From positions 298 to 64,297 of IMG/VR virus record IMGVR_UViG_2840908651_000002: DNA of 64,000 nucleotides. One strand, given 5' to 3'. The stretch comes from a virus (Duplodnaviria; Caudoviricetes). The position numbers were made by a program, and so were the translations under genes. This document shows positions 47,501-57,600 of the stretch, one piece after another; within the stretch, counting starts at the first letter, position 1; every line of letters starts with the position of its first letter. A model generated the notes under the pieces. The model saw only the letters and a program-made list of their open reading frames with translations. It made no database searches and was not told where the DNA came from.

Positions 47501-50500
47501 CCGTTGACAAGTATGTCGCGAGCGAGCTGGGCTATGATCTCGACGACATGCTGGGCACGCCCGAAAAGAAGGGGTATTTCGCCGCCGAGCAGGTCGATGC
47601 GCTGGCTCTGGCGATCAACAACGTCAGTCAGGGCAAGGGCTTCATCATTGGCGATCAGACCGGAATCGGCAAGGGCCGGTTCGTGGCGGCCATGCTGCGT
47701 CATGCCGAGAAACAGGGGAAGATCCCGATCTTCGTGACCGAGAAACCCGGTCTCTATGCCGACATGGTGCGCGATCTGCGCGATATAGGCATGGCCGACG
47801 CGCAGGACGGGATCATCGCGACGAACAACACGCTCGACGCCATCCCGATCACGGGGCCGGATGACACCTTTACCAGGGCGGCACCGAAGGAGCGAAAGGC
47901 TCTCTTCAACGCGCTGATGTCGGGAAAGCTGCCCGAAGGCAAGCGGTTCGTGTTCACCACCTACGACCAGATGCAGACCGCGCAGGGCAAGTGGCCCGAG
48001 CGCGCCAACGCGATCCGCGCTGCGGCCCCCAATGCCGTCATCATCATGGATGAAAGCCACAACGCGGGCGGCAGCGCGGGCGCGTCCCGCAACGTGCGAG
48101 AGCCCGGCGCGATGCCGGAGAACCGTGCCGAGTTCTTCCGCGACCTGGTCGATATGAGCGCGGGATCGGTGTTCTCGTCGGCGACCTACGCCAAGAACCC
48201 CACGGTCATGTCGCTCTACCGCTCGACCAACCTGAGCCTTGCGCTGCCAGAGGGCAGCCGCATGGACGATCTCGGCCCGGCCATCGAGCGCGGCGGCGTG
48301 CCCCTGCAACAGGTGATTGCCAATGCCATCGCGGGCGACGGCCAATACCTGCGGCGTGAGAAATCCTTTGCCGGGATCGACTTCAACTTCACGCACGAGC
48401 TCGGCGACGACAACCCGATCAAGGTGGATCGGGATATGGCCATCAACGTCTCGCAGGTGATGGGCGAGATCGCGATGTTCGACTCCGAGGTCATGTCTGG
48501 CGTGCGCGAGAGCTTCATCGCGCAAATCCAGGGTGAGGGCCTGATGGCGGGCAATGACGGATTCGTCGGCCCGGATTCGATCTCCAAGACCAGCGACAAC
48601 CCGTTTGCGTCGAGCTTTCACAACCTCGTCAGCCAGTTCCTTCTCGGCGTGAAGGTGAACGAGGTCGCCGACATGGCGATCAACAAATGGAAGGCCGGCG
48701 AGAAGCCCATCCTCGGCGTGATGAACGTCAACTCGTCGGTGATAAACGAGTACATGGCCGTGAATGGCATTCATGAGGACGGCCAGGAGGTCGATCTGAA
48801 TTTCACGACCATCGTGGACCGCTACCTCGAGCGCCTGCGCCGCATCAAGATCGAGAAATCCGACAACACGCAGTTCTACTACACCATGACCGACGCGGAC
48901 ATGGGCGACGCCGCCGCGGCGGAAATGCGGCGGGTGCGCGATCTGATCTACAGCCTGCCGATCGAGGACATGCCTGGATCGCCTGTCGATGCGATGCTCG
49001 ACCGGATGCGCGCGGCGGGTATGAAGGTCGATGAGATCACGGGCCGCAGCACCGTGATCGAGGACGGCCGCCGCGCCACACGCTCGCCGGGGCAGGGCGA
49101 GAACAAGCGCCGAATGAACGAGTATAATTCCGGCGCGCTCGATGGGCTGGTGATATCGTCATCCGGGGCGACGGGCTTTTCCATGCACGCGACCGACGCA
49201 CCGAACAACGACGGCAAAAAGCGGCACATGATCATCGCCCAGCCCCATGCCGATATCAACGTGTTCATGCAGATGCTCGGGCGCATCAACCGCACCGGCC
49301 AGACCGTGTTGCCGGAATACACGCTCGCAGTCTCCAACCTGTCGCTCGAGCGGCGCGTGGCGGCGATCCTGTCGAAGAAGATGGCGTCGCTCAACGCCAA
49401 CACGACAGCCGCGAAGCGTGGGGCGACGTCGCTCGGCGATGGCGCGGATTTCATCAACGAGGTGGGCGATCACGTCGTGCGCCGCTACCTTGCCGACAAC
49501 AATGATCTCGCCATCAGGACGGGCCTTGTCGAGGGCGATGCCGACGGTGACCAGAACGGCAAGATCGAGGGCATTGCCAAGAAGCTGACCGGGCGGTTCG
49601 CGTTTCTGCACCCCGACGAGGTGGACCGGCACTACGAGGCCATCGGCTCGGCGTTCCGTGACTACATGGCGCAACTCGAGGTCGAGGGCAGCAACCCCCT
49701 CGAGGCGAAAACCCTCGACCTCGAGGCGAAGACCATCAGTTCTTTTGTGCTGTCCGAGGGTCATGGCACTGATAGCCTTCTCGATGCCGATCTGACGCTC
49801 GAGAAGATCGACGCCAAGAAACCGGGCAAGCCGTACACCGCGCAGCGTGTCGATGAGCTCGTCAACGAAGGGCTCGACGGCAAGACCCCGGATGCGTGGT
49901 TGAAAGATGCACAGGACGCGCTCGACGCGAAGATGCCCGCCTACCAGACCAAGCTCGAAGAGGACAAGGCGGATCGTGAGAAGAGGCTGGCCGCCGCGCA
50001 AGACACCGCGAGGCAGGCCGAGGCCGCGATCCCACGGCTGGAAGAATCCCTCGAGAAGGCAAAGGTTGCGCGCGACGAGGTGAACGCGGCGGACGACGAC
50101 GCCAGAAAGGCGGCGGCGGATGCCGTCAAGAAGGCCGACAAGGCGCTCTCGCAGGCGCGGCGTCACGTCACCAAGACCAAGCGGGACGTCGAGAAGGCGG
50201 CCGCGCTCATCGAGGACGTCGAAAACCGCATGAAGCGGCAGGAGCAGGCGGTCGCGAGCATCAAGACGGCGCTGGAAGGCGTTGTCCCGGGGGCGACATA
50301 CCGCATCACGACACCGTCCTTTGACACTCCGGCGGTGGTGATCGAGACCGATCTGTCCCAGCAGGGGGCAAACCCGACAGCGGCGGGCGCAATCCGCGTG
50401 CGCTTTGCCGTGGCCGACAACATGCGCGAGATCGCCTTCTCGCTCAACCAGATCATGAACCAGAGCGCCGAGGCGAACATCACGCCTGATCCCAACCTCA

Positions 50501-53500
50501 ACTGGAAACCGGCGTTCACGGCGGGGCAGAGCGTGTCGCGCGAGCAGCGGTGGATGGCGACAGGCAACCTTATCGCCGGGGTCGACCGCTTCAAGAACAG
50601 CACCGGGCAGATCGTGATCTACACGACCGCTGATGGGCGTCAGCGCACCGGGCTTCTCATGCCCAAGAAATTCGACCCAGCACAGGAGTTGGACAAGGAG
50701 GACGTCCGTTTCCCCGACACCGCGACGGCGGCCGCGTTCCTGCAACAGTATGATGCGGTTCTGAAAACCGCCGACAAGAACGTGAGTTTCCAGCAGGACG
50801 GCGCCGACTTCAAGCTCCGCGTGGGCAAGGCGCGGGGCCGGGCCTTCTTCTTGCTCAAGGCGGTGCAGTCCTACATCCGCGATTTCCGTGACACCGGGAA
50901 GGGCTATGTGGGCCGGATCAATCGCGGTGATCTGAAAACCGTGCTCGACATCTATGCCGATAATCTCGGGGTGTCCTATGTCGCTGACAATTTCAAGGAT
51001 GCGGCGCGCGAGGTTTCCGGGCAGGAAACCCCTGATTTCGAGGCCGGGGCGGGCAGCGAGGTAAAGGCCGCACGCGGGCGGCGCGCAGGCGCGGGGAGCA
51101 CGACCTTCACGGAAGAAGGCGCGCGCCAGTTGCGCAATGACCTCGAGGCCGAGCTTTCGCGGTTCGTCAAGTCCGGTCGGATAAAGCTGCGCCTGGCCGG
51201 CGGCTTTACATATGGCGGCTTCACTCTCGACGGGTTCTTCTACGACAACGTGATCGGTGTTGGCGCCAAGGCCCCGGAGGGGCCGATGGGCATTCTGCGC
51301 CACGAGATCATCCACGCGCTCCGCAGCAAGGAGCTTTGGGGCCGTGATTACGGCCTGTTCACCAAGGACGAATGGCGCACGCTGGCCAAGGCTGCCCGGC
51401 GCATCCCGCATATCCGCGAGCGTGTCGAGCGTGAGTATGCCGATCTGAACACCGCGGGCCAGACCGAGGAAATGATCGCCGAAATGTTCCGCGAGTGGAT
51501 GCAGGAGCGCGAGACGCGCAGCGAGGCGGGCAAGGCCCTCGACAAGCTGCGCCGGATCATCGAGGCCATCGCGAACGCTCTGCGCCGCAACGGGGCGAAC
51601 GAGGCCGCTCAGGTGATGGAGCGTATCCGTTCGGGCGAGGTTGGCGGGCGCGGCCCGGACGGCCCCGGTGGGCCAGGTGCTGGGGGCGTCAAGGCCAGCC
51701 GCCGTCGCTCCGACCCGTCATCGCCGCGCGGTGTGCCGCACCCCAAGCCCCGCCAGTGGCGCAAGAAGGGTGGTGACCTCTGGCGCGATTTCCTCTCCGA
51801 TGCGATGGGGGGCGGCCCGCTTGGTAAATACAACCTCCTGGCGCTTGTTCCGGGCCGACCGCTCTTTGAAGAGCTCGGGCGCAACCTGCCCGGCGCACAG
51901 ACCTATCTGCGTCTCAAGGAAAAGATGGACGCAATGCGCCAGGAGTGGCACGCCAAGACCGACACCGTGGCGCGCGAGTGGATCAAGCTGGGCAACCAGA
52001 ATACCGAGGCCAATGGTCGCCTCATGGACCTCATGCACCGCGCGACGCTGGCTGGCGTGGACCCATCCAGGGACTTTGATCGCGGCAAGTATGACGATGA
52101 TTTCGCCGATCAGCGCTACATGACGTGGCTGAACCTGCGCCGCGAGTTCGAGGCGCTGCCGCGAGACTATCAGCGCATGTTCCGCAAGGTGCGCAACGAA
52201 TACAGCAACATGGCCGACGAGTTCGAGAAGGCCGTGATAGAGAACATCCAGACCGCGCAGAAGGTCGCCCTCAAGCGCGCCCAGAAGGCCCATGACAAGG
52301 AAATGCGTCGGATCACCGACGAGGGCCTGACCGGGCAGGAGAAGCAGGACGCCATCGACGAGGCGAAGCACATGCTCGGCCAGGCGAAAGCCCGCATGGG
52401 CTGGGCGCAGAACGCGCGGGTAGCGGAATTGCGCGCGCAGTTCGAGTCCAACCGTCTCTCGGGGCCTTATTTCCCGCTGGCGCGTTTCGGCAAATATTTT
52501 GTGGCCGCACGCGACGAGAAAGGCCGGGTAGTCTCCTTCTCGCGGTTCGAGAAACAGCGCCAGCAGCGCGACGAGGCGAAGCGCATGGAAGCCGAGGGCT
52601 ACGAGGTGGAGCGCGGCGTGCTGGGCGAGAGCGACGCAGATCTCAAGAAGATGGTCGATCCGTCCTTCGTGGCCGATATCGAGAACCTTCTGGGGACGTG
52701 GGATGTGGACCCGGCCGTCATGGACACGGTCTGGCAGAAATGGCTGGAAACGCTGCCGGATCAGTCGATCCGCACCAGCCGCATTCACCGCAAGGGCCAA
52801 TCGGGTTTCAGCAAGGATGCGCTGCGCGCCTTCACCCACCATATGTTTCACGGGGCACACCAACTGGCCCGCCTGAAATACGGGCTACAGATGGAGGACG
52901 CGGTCAGCGACGCCTACGACGAGGCCGCCCTGAGCCGCGACGCGAACCGCGCGACGCTCGTGGTCGACGAAATGAACCGCCGCCACCAGTACACGATGCA
53001 ACCCAACGTCGCGCCGTGGGCCAGCGGGATCACGTCTTTGGCGTTCGTTTGGTATCTCGGGGCAACCCCGGCAGCGGCGATGGTCAACATGACGCAGACG
53101 ACCGTCATGGGCGTGCCGCTGATGCGCGCCGCCTTCCAGGGCACCAGCATTGGCGAGATCGGCAAGCAGTTGGGCAAGGCCAGCATGGATTTTGTGCAAG
53201 GCCGGGGGTCCGCCGACAACTCGCCGCGCCTCACCGAGGATGAAAAGGCCGCACTCGACGAAGCCTACCGCCGGGGCACGATCGACAAGACGCAGGCGCA
53301 CGAGCTCGCGAGTGTGGCCGAGACCGGGATCGAGTATAGCGGGACGCGCGAGAAGATCATGCGGTTCTTCTCCTATATGTTCCACAAGGCCGAGGTCTTT
53401 AACCGAGAGGTCACGTTCCTCGCCAGCTATCGCCTCGCGCGCGACAAGGGGCTCATGCAGGAGAAGGCCATCGACCGCGCCGCCTCGCTGACGTGGAAAA

Positions 53501-54540
53501 TCCATTTCGACTACCAGGGCAGTTCCCGCGCCCGGTTCATGCAACCGGATTTTGCGAGGGTGCTCCTGATCTTTCGACAGCACAGCGTGAACCTTCTGTA
53601 TCGCCTGTTTCGCGACACGCAGCAGACGTTCGAGGGCAAGACCGAGGCCGACCGGCGCGAGGCGAAAGCGCAGCTTGTCGGCATCACCCTGTCGATGATG
53701 GCGCACGCCGGGATCACCGGCACATGGGGCTACGGGCTCATCACTATGCTCCTGAGCATGTTCTTCCCCGGTGACGATGACGATATCGACGAATGGCTGC
53801 ACGACGCGCTTCTGCTCGAGGGCAACGGCATGGGCACGGCGGCGTGGAATTACACGATGGGCATGGCGCTCAAGGGCGTTCCCGGCCATGTGACCGGCGT
53901 GGCGCTGTCCGAGCGCATCGGTATGCCGAACCTGTGGTTCCGTGGGCCGTTCTACGACATGGAGGCCGCCGACACGTTGCAGCACTATGTCCACGAGGCG
54001 CTGGGGCCCGCGGCCAGCATCTTGTTCAGCATGGGGCGCGGTATCCAGCAGGTCTCGGAGGGCAACGTGTGGCGCGGGGCCGAGTCGATGGTGCCGAAGA
54101 TGGCGAACGACCTGTCGCAGGGCTTCCGCTACGGGCTCAATGGCGTTCAGAACAGCAATGGCGATCCGATCCTCGAGGACGTGTCGCCATACCAGGCCAT
54201 CGTGCAGGCCGTGGGTTTCACCCCGGCTCAACTGGCCGAGCGGTATGACGACATGAGCCGGATGCGTGACATGGAGCGCCAGATCGAGCAGGAGCGGTCC
54301 TCGCTGCACCGTGAGGCAGGTGATGCCGTCATGGACGGGAAGGGGCTCCCGCGACACGTCCTCAAGAAGATCAGGGCGTTCAACAAGGCGCACCCCACCT
54401 TCCCGATCACGGGCGACACGCTGCGCCGTTCCATGAAGTCCCGCAAGCGGTGGAGCGAAGGCGTTGCGGGTGGTATCAATATCAACCCCCGACTGCGCTC
54501 GCAGATCGAGGAAGGCATGGCCCCTCGCCTCTACGAGTAA
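41575..54540 (+). CDS. Giant polyvalent DarB-like virion protein: PPase-like, N6-adenine MTase, Strawberry-notch-type SF2 helicase, HExxH peptidase-like and PLxRFG domains
   Basis: GTG 41575 after AAGGGGA; ENRKGS.R..HYG....GADGDH.D..DEHKVMLGF; EPSAGNG, NPPF (46207); GDQTGIGKGR, DESHN, QMLGRINRTGQ; HEIIH (51301); PLARFG (52474). Confidence 0.9.
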   Translation: MARKNVFALDPVEYELERQEAQRQGRGIFEEKKPKAPAPALKPDGSPDYGRIATDTQVPRNLIIALTDAAGLKNGAQKGAFATEAASRIGQEMAAGKDARAALASILGEDAPVDDLIKAAKAVPEYDRIGTEGDEAAQADPTESGSALGDAGKQFAGGVAKGSGASVEGFGLLRTSRLYDPLNLINDEGKERVGEATRSVADAMREWGEETQAGVSPQSLEAIKGSTPDGDLFKPSTWSLGEKPSLRGYAMLTMDVLGSLAPVVVSSVIGTPGAGAAVGGMQSGGAGAEMAREIVQSAAKERVEGPDGEMISRLEADSSYYRDLREQGESHEVAVQKTTEAAERLAALYAAPIGALGGAFTGTLVTGGMRGLAGRSAATRVGGGAALGAAEESAQEVAEGMAAKAGAGQAAGMDVDVTEGTFGDAILGALGGGPVGAVGGIATEGPATRDEDDETPPPAQLPPPDTPPLPSPEPTGPIGRAAQKAPGMLTGDFEEGTRITVQGQGSNPFEAEFVEETPNGVRLRDETGPILIPRQDIESGAVQIGQAERRTPTGMFPDMKPGAEVALRDADGRDYTGVFLREDEGGVAVRIAGQEITLSPQEFDEARDAAQRDETDAPKEAEAQDQGADEAGAAIEIPEGVDPGEVEQIASDLINEQDMDRPSAEAQAIQTIQQRMEEERAAEEQAAIPGAQDMAEQGEVTPPDEGQAQGEVAPVEPQPPASVEGVDPDLDTPQSPELQAEWWKSLPRLRKAAKDIGMTKEALADEWSDKGALTAAVDAELGRLGDTAQQSGLSQNPAQEPENVDDIDVDALIGQNLDEMDAEDAALVGDESNTSGVVEQEQGEGEPQTDEADPAADIEQAAQETEENPTPAQAEAENYKTGKAEWQGRTLSIENRKGSMRRKVGPDGETAWEVEMPAHYGRILKTEGADGDHVDFYMGDNPASESVWVIDQMDADTGRYDEHKVMLGFDNANAAAETYMDGFSDGKGPDRLGGMRKMSVTGFNEWLEGDTTAPVTPMAKRQDKDAAQAGDDTNPKGPRVVVNEVGADGLTESERAAGKAPLDLVTVTDVYGDTHRVSKRTLDSDRPMLRRFNANGEEIDGSLLSRDNIDTDGTGVTATFADSPVIGGGRTADKPLASEAAIKRAIRKRGQKVEDFDIQEVNGGYLGVRKTGSEAAEAEAAGWTEDATPPDEPQPREAESVDVRTLPGKHGKVDTNLVKINMRKWPEGYDVTGSYDIPGFAGGTLSTPYRQFYPTKHEAAAAALKMSVGRNTFPDEPRAPFPTQKHVSDGRKIRQFLEELATPEAWAAEVEAESPSVSIEQDAENRSTSTGDAPAETVEDIDVDALISENLDQMEAEDAAESEASTSDEQRITDSFLEAFRAGERFARITQARKRAGEALGRDIEVSDFTMLEEAIEAAVVMRAREIVAGESDPVTVYADLLDLYDAQPILSERTPEKMRNQAYSTPAPLAYVASRLVGIGDRTRVVEPSAGNGMLLIEAAPENVQANELQPHRAAQLERIFPGSVSQGDAMDMTAAPFDVLITNPPFGRVMNEDTRQKKEWAFGDTGVKTKEIDHAMAYRYLEQMPDDGRAVLIVGSVKKTGDRKKNYQERSKLTFYKTLFDHYNVTEHFTVNGDLYKRQGAAWPVDVIVIDGRAPSARAYPMAEPPEVLSTWAEIGRKLNDAPDVDTTGRGPGDAVGGGAEGDGPDGGAVSPTGDAAGQPDAGRSDRPSGSRGTGGLSVEPGRGARGDTGGDGEPVGGNGQPAVEPDAAPDVSGEEGRPETGTDGASEPVGVSERHREPGGVGPRTAGQAAQEGVQKTGDAVKDAGAAIKAILNAKIDPNKTGAMGAGFLQDVYEQIEPHLKSAWDNVTGAAKDFKEAVGLFLRAVREQMGLTTAELRNLQPYLAKFVEDAKAAWGKPKSERGPARENTEAETDFQVAYQPRSSAQFRIGSLVPRAMEQAAQEALDKIEAKHGPVDKYVASELGYDLDDMLGTPEKKGYFAAEQVDALALAINNVSQGKGFIIGDQTGIGKGRFVAAMLRHAEKQGKIPIFVTEKPGLYADMVRDLRDIGMADAQDGIIATNNTLDAIPITGPDDTFTRAAPKERKALFNALMSGKLPEGKRFVFTTYDQMQTAQGKWPERANAIRAAAPNAVIIMDESHNAGGSAGASRNVREPGAMPENRAEFFRDLVDMSAGSVFSSATYAKNPTVMSLYRSTNLSLALPEGSRMDDLGPAIERGGVPLQQVIANAIAGDGQYLRREKSFAGIDFNFTHELGDDNPIKVDRDMAINVSQVMGEIAMFDSEVMSGVRESFIAQIQGEGLMAGNDGFVGPDSISKTSDNPFASSFHNLVSQFLLGVKVNEVADMAINKWKAGEKPILGVMNVNSSVINEYMAVNGIHEDGQEVDLNFTTIVDRYLERLRRIKIEKSDNTQFYYTMTDADMGDAAAAEMRRVRDLIYSLPIEDMPGSPVDAMLDRMRAAGMKVDEITGRSTVIEDGRRATRSPGQGENKRRMNEYNSGALDGLVISSSGATGFSMHATDAPNNDGKKRHMIIAQPHADINVFMQMLGRINRTGQTVLPEYTLAVSNLSLERRVAAILSKKMASLNANTTAAKRGATSLGDGADFINEVGDHVVRRYLADNNDLAIRTGLVEGDADGDQNGKIEGIAKKLTGRFAFLHPDEVDRHYEAIGSAFRDYMAQLEVEGSNPLEAKTLDLEAKTISSFVLSEGHGTDSLLDADLTLEKIDAKKPGKPYTAQRVDELVNEGLDGKTPDAWLKDAQDALDAKMPAYQTKLEEDKADREKRLAAAQDTARQAEAAIPRLEESLEKAKVARDEVNAADDDARKAAADAVKKADKALSQARRHVTKTKRDVEKAAALIEDVENRMKRQEQAVASIKTALEGVVPGATYRITTPSFDTPAVVIETDLSQQGANPTAAGAIRVRFAVADNMREIAFSLNQIMNQSAEANITPDPNLNWKPAFTAGQSVSREQRWMATGNLIAGVDRFKNSTGQIVIYTTADGRQRTGLLMPKKFDPAQELDKEDVRFPDTATAAAFLQQYDAVLKTADKNVSFQQDGADFKLRVGKARGRAFFLLKAVQSYIRDFRDTGKGYVGRINRGDLKTVLDIYADNLGVSYVADNFKDAAREVSGQETPDFEAGAGSEVKAARGRRAGAGSTTFTEEGARQLRNDLEAELSRFVKSGRIKLRLAGGFTYGGFTLDGFFYDNVIGVGAKAPEGPMGILRHEIIHALRSKELWGRDYGLFTKDEWRTLAKAARRIPHIRERVEREYADLNTAGQTEEMIAEMFREWMQERETRSEAGKALDKLRRIIEAIANALRRNGANEAAQVMERIRSGEVGGRGPDGPGGPGAGGVKASRRRSDPSSPRGVPHPKPRQWRKKGGDLWRDFLSDAMGGGPLGKYNLLALVPGRPLFEELGRNLPGAQTYLRLKEKMDAMRQEWHAKTDTVAREWIKLGNQNTEANGRLMDLMHRATLAGVDPSRDFDRGKYDDDFADQRYMTWLNLRREFEALPRDYQRMFRKVRNEYSNMADEFEKAVIENIQTAQKVALKRAQKAHDKEMRRITDEGLTGQEKQDAIDEAKHMLGQAKARMGWAQNARVAELRAQFESNRLSGPYFPLARFGKYFVAARDEKGRVVSFSRFEKQRQQRDEAKRMEAEGYEVERGVLGESDADLKKMVDPSFVADIENLLGTWDVDPAVMDTVWQKWLETLPDQSIRTSRIHRKGQSGFSKDALRAFTHHMFHGAHQLARLKYGLQMEDAVSDAYDEAALSRDANRATLVVDEMNRRHQYTMQPNVAPWASGITSLAFVWYLGATPAAAMVNMTQTTVMGVPLMRAAFQGTSIGEIGKQLGKASMDFVQGRGSADNSPRLTEDEKAALDEAYRRGTIDKTQAHELASVAETGIEYSGTREKIMRFFSYMFHKAEVFNREVTFLASYRLARDKGLMQEKAIDRAASLTWKIHFDYQGSSRARFMQPDFARVLLIFRQHSVNLLYRLFRDTQQTFEGKTEADRREAKAQLVGITLSMMAHAGITGTWGYGLITMLLSMFFPGDDDDIDEWLHDALLLEGNGMGTAAWNYTMGMALKGVPGHVTGVALSERIGMPNLWFRGPFYDMEAADTLQHYVHEALGPAASILFSMGRGIQQVSEGNVWRGAESMVPKMANDLSQGFRYGLNGVQNSNGDPILEDVSPYQAIVQAVGFTPAQLAERYDDMSRMRDMERQIEQERSSLHREAGDAVMDGKGLPRHVLKKIRAFNKAHPTFPITGDTLRRSMKSRKRWSEGVAGGININPRLRSQIEEGMAPRLYE
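46622..46987 (+). CDS. Nested overprinted gene (+1 frame) in the giant protein linker
   Basis: AAGGAAG 7 nt before ATG; 104/121 codons end in G/C while host-frame GC3 drops to about 45% (hand count). Confidence 0.6.
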   Translation: MPLTWTPPGADPVTQSVEVPKAMDLTVEQYHQLVMQRVNRMRDEATDPADRAALADFLSNRGAEPAATLVGMVNQLEETANLPWSLTPPRTFPVKKEDLKLERMERPNLSAFLNAIESRGA

Positions 54541-54565
54541 GGTGGCGGGTTTCGCGCGCCTACTT

Positions 54566-54604
54566 CATGTGGTATGGATAGGCCAGCAACGCGCAAGATG
54601 TGTG
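54566..54604 (+). promoter_or_regulatory. Late promoter box plus leader hairpin (tail fibre/DGR)
   Basis: CATGTGGTATG-N14-GCGCA AGA TGTGTG. Confidence 0.7.
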
Positions 54605-54638
54605 CTGCAAGCTGACTTTCTCAGGTCGAGGCTTTGCA

Positions 54639-57600
54639 ATGCCAGACTCTTGCGCCGTTTCGGGCTCCATCAGGGATATCGGTTTTCAGCCGGAAGAGGG
54701 TGCGATCGTTCGCTTCACTCTTCTTGGCGCGAAGGCCGTGCGCCAATCCAATTCGCTCGTCGTGCCGGATTTCGTCGAGGCGACCACTGACGCGAATGGC
54801 GACTTCACCGAGAGCCTGATCCCGAACAGCTATATCGTTGAGATCATCACGCCGAGCGGCGGATCTTCCGCGCCCCTGAACATCACCGTTCCTGACGCCG
54901 AGACGGCGATCTTGGCTCAGATCGTGGACCTGCCGCCCCCGGCGTCGCTGAACGCTGCCGAACAGGCTGTTGTGGATGCACAGGCGGCGCGGGACGCCGC
55001 GAGCGCCAGCGCCACGGCGGCTGTGACCAGCGAGACCAATGCAGCGACCAGCGAGGCGAATGCCGGGACCTCTGAAACGAATGCTGGTGCATCTGCTCAA
55101 CTCGCCGCCGATTGGGCTGAAAAGGGCGACGGCCAAGATGTTGATGGCGTCGGCACCCGCTCGGCCAAGCATCATGCCGGTCAGTCGGCGACCAGCGCGA
55201 GCAATGCAGCCATCTCGGAGACGAACGCGGCTAACAGTGCAGCGGCGGCTGCAACGTCCGAGACCAACGCGGGGGCATCCGAGAGTGCGGCGACCGCCAG
55301 TGCGGGCGCGGCGTCTACCTCGGAGACCAACGCGGCCAACAGTGCATCGGCGGCGTCTACCTCGGAGACCAACGCGGCCAACAGTGCATCGGCGGCGGTC
55401 ACATCGGAGACCAACGCGGCCAATAGCGCGAGCGCGGCGGCTGGTTCCGCGAGCGCCGCCGCCTCTTCGGAGACGAACGCGGCAACCAGCGAAACCAATG
55501 CGGCCGCCTCCCTGACGTCGATCCTCTCCCGCCACCTTGGCACCTATGTCGACGACCAGGCGGCGGATACGGCGCACCCAACTGCGACGGACGGCGCGTT
55601 CTATTACAATTCCACCACCGACTCCCTTCGCCTGCGCTCGTCTGGCGCGTGGACTGAAGCCGTTCTGGACGCCAACGGGTTTCTGGCCGCGTCCAACAAC
55701 CTGGGCGACCTGGGCGACGTGCCGACGGCAAAAACGAACCTCAGCCTCGGCACGGCGGCAGATGCAGATGTCCCTGCGGCGGGCGACGCCACTGCTGCGC
55801 AGGTTGTCAAAGGCAACGATACGCGATTGAGCGATGCGCGTGCCCCGACTGCGCACACCCACGACCTATCCGACATCACCGATGCGGGCACCGCGGCTTC
55901 GCAGGATAGCACGGCATTCGCCACCGCCACCCAGGGCACGAAGGCTGATAGCGCGCAACAGCCCCCGATTGAGGGTGCGTTCGTTGATGGCGACAAGACC
56001 AAGTTGGATCATATCTCCGTCACCCAGGCGGTTGATCTGGATGCGATGGAGACCCGCGTCAACCAACTTGATGCGTCAGTTGTTCTCTCGGGAACGTGGG
56101 ACGCTTCCATAGGCACATTTCCCGGTGGCGGCGCTGCGCAGAGGGGCGAAAGCTGGATCGTCAGTGTCGGCGGGACAGTTGGCGGCGAGACCTTTGTTGC
56201 GAATGATCGGATCGTCGCGACCTCGGACAACGCGAGCACCACGCTCTATGCCGATTGGCACAAGCTCGATTATACCGATGCTGTCTTGTCCGTGGCAGGC
56301 AAGACCGGAGCCGTGTCGCTGGTCAAAGCCGACATCGGGGATTTCAGCGATGCGGATTATGCAACGGCAGCGCAGGGCGCGAAGGCCGACAGCGCATTAC
56401 AGCCGGGTGAAGCGGTAGAGAAAACAGCCGCAACCGGCTCAGCGGCCCTGCCGGTCGGCACGCAAGCGCAGCGCGACACTACCCCGGCGGCGGGGTATCT
56501 ACGCTTTAACTCAGAGGCCGGCGCGTTCGAGGGCCACGATGGCTCTGACTGGGGCGCTATCGGCGGGTCGGCGTCCTCGGTGAATATCACCGGCGCGACC
56601 ACGGTCTACGTTGACCAGCAGGAAACCTATACGATCACGGACTATTCGGCCTTCGCGACCTATGCCGTCGGCGCGGCGTCCGGCACAGTGACCATCAACG
56701 GCGACACCATCACCTACACCGCGCCCGCGACGGACGGCTCGGAAACCCTGACGGTCACGAAAGACGGCGTGGCGGTTGACTTCGCAGTCACCATCGCCCC
56801 TGCCGGGGTCGAGGCACCCACACATGTATCTCCGGCGGACGGCGCCACTGACATAGGTGGCACCCAGACACTTCAATCGTCGGCTTTCAGCTGGATCGGC
56901 CTGTCCGACACACACGCGTCCTCGGACTGGCAGCTAGCGACGGATGCTGCGTTCACCAACCTGGTCACCAGCACCACGGCGGATGCCACGAACCTCACCA
57001 CCTGGGAGGTCACGGGGCTGTCGGAGAGCCAGACCTATTACTGGCGCGTCCGCCACACCGGCACGAGCAACGGCACATCGGACTGGTCCACCCCCACCAG
57101 CTTCACGACAGCGGCCAGCTTCGGCGGTCTGATCGGTGTCGCGGGCGACCAGGGTTTCGGCGTCGGGGAGTATCCGGACACGCTGCCAGCAGGCTTTTCC
57201 AACATGGCTGGCAATACCGATCCGGCCAATGCCAATTATGGCAACTACCAATACAGCGACGGCTCGATCATGGTGTTCGTGCCGCGCTTCTACTACCGGA
57301 TCGGCGACGCGGGATCACCCAACTACGGCACCTACGGCGCCAACGCGATCGACATTGCCGGGGTGGATACCTTTGCGGACGAGGCGTCGGCCAACGCCGC
57401 AGGCTACGCCATGCACCGGGCGTTCGTGGATGGCGGCGCGGTCAAGCACGGGTTCTTCGTGGACAAGTATCTATGCTCGCAGAATGCAGGTAACGACGCC
57501 GGCAAATCGGTTCAGAACGGCGTGCCGATCTCGCTGACCACATCCACCAGCTACACGCGCTCCGACGGCATGACGGGCTGCACGGGCATTCTGGCCGACG

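Noticed and set aside
55028-55510. Regular repeats resembling a CRISPR array
   Set aside because: In-frame coding repeats of the fibre shaft, with no unique spacers and no cas genes
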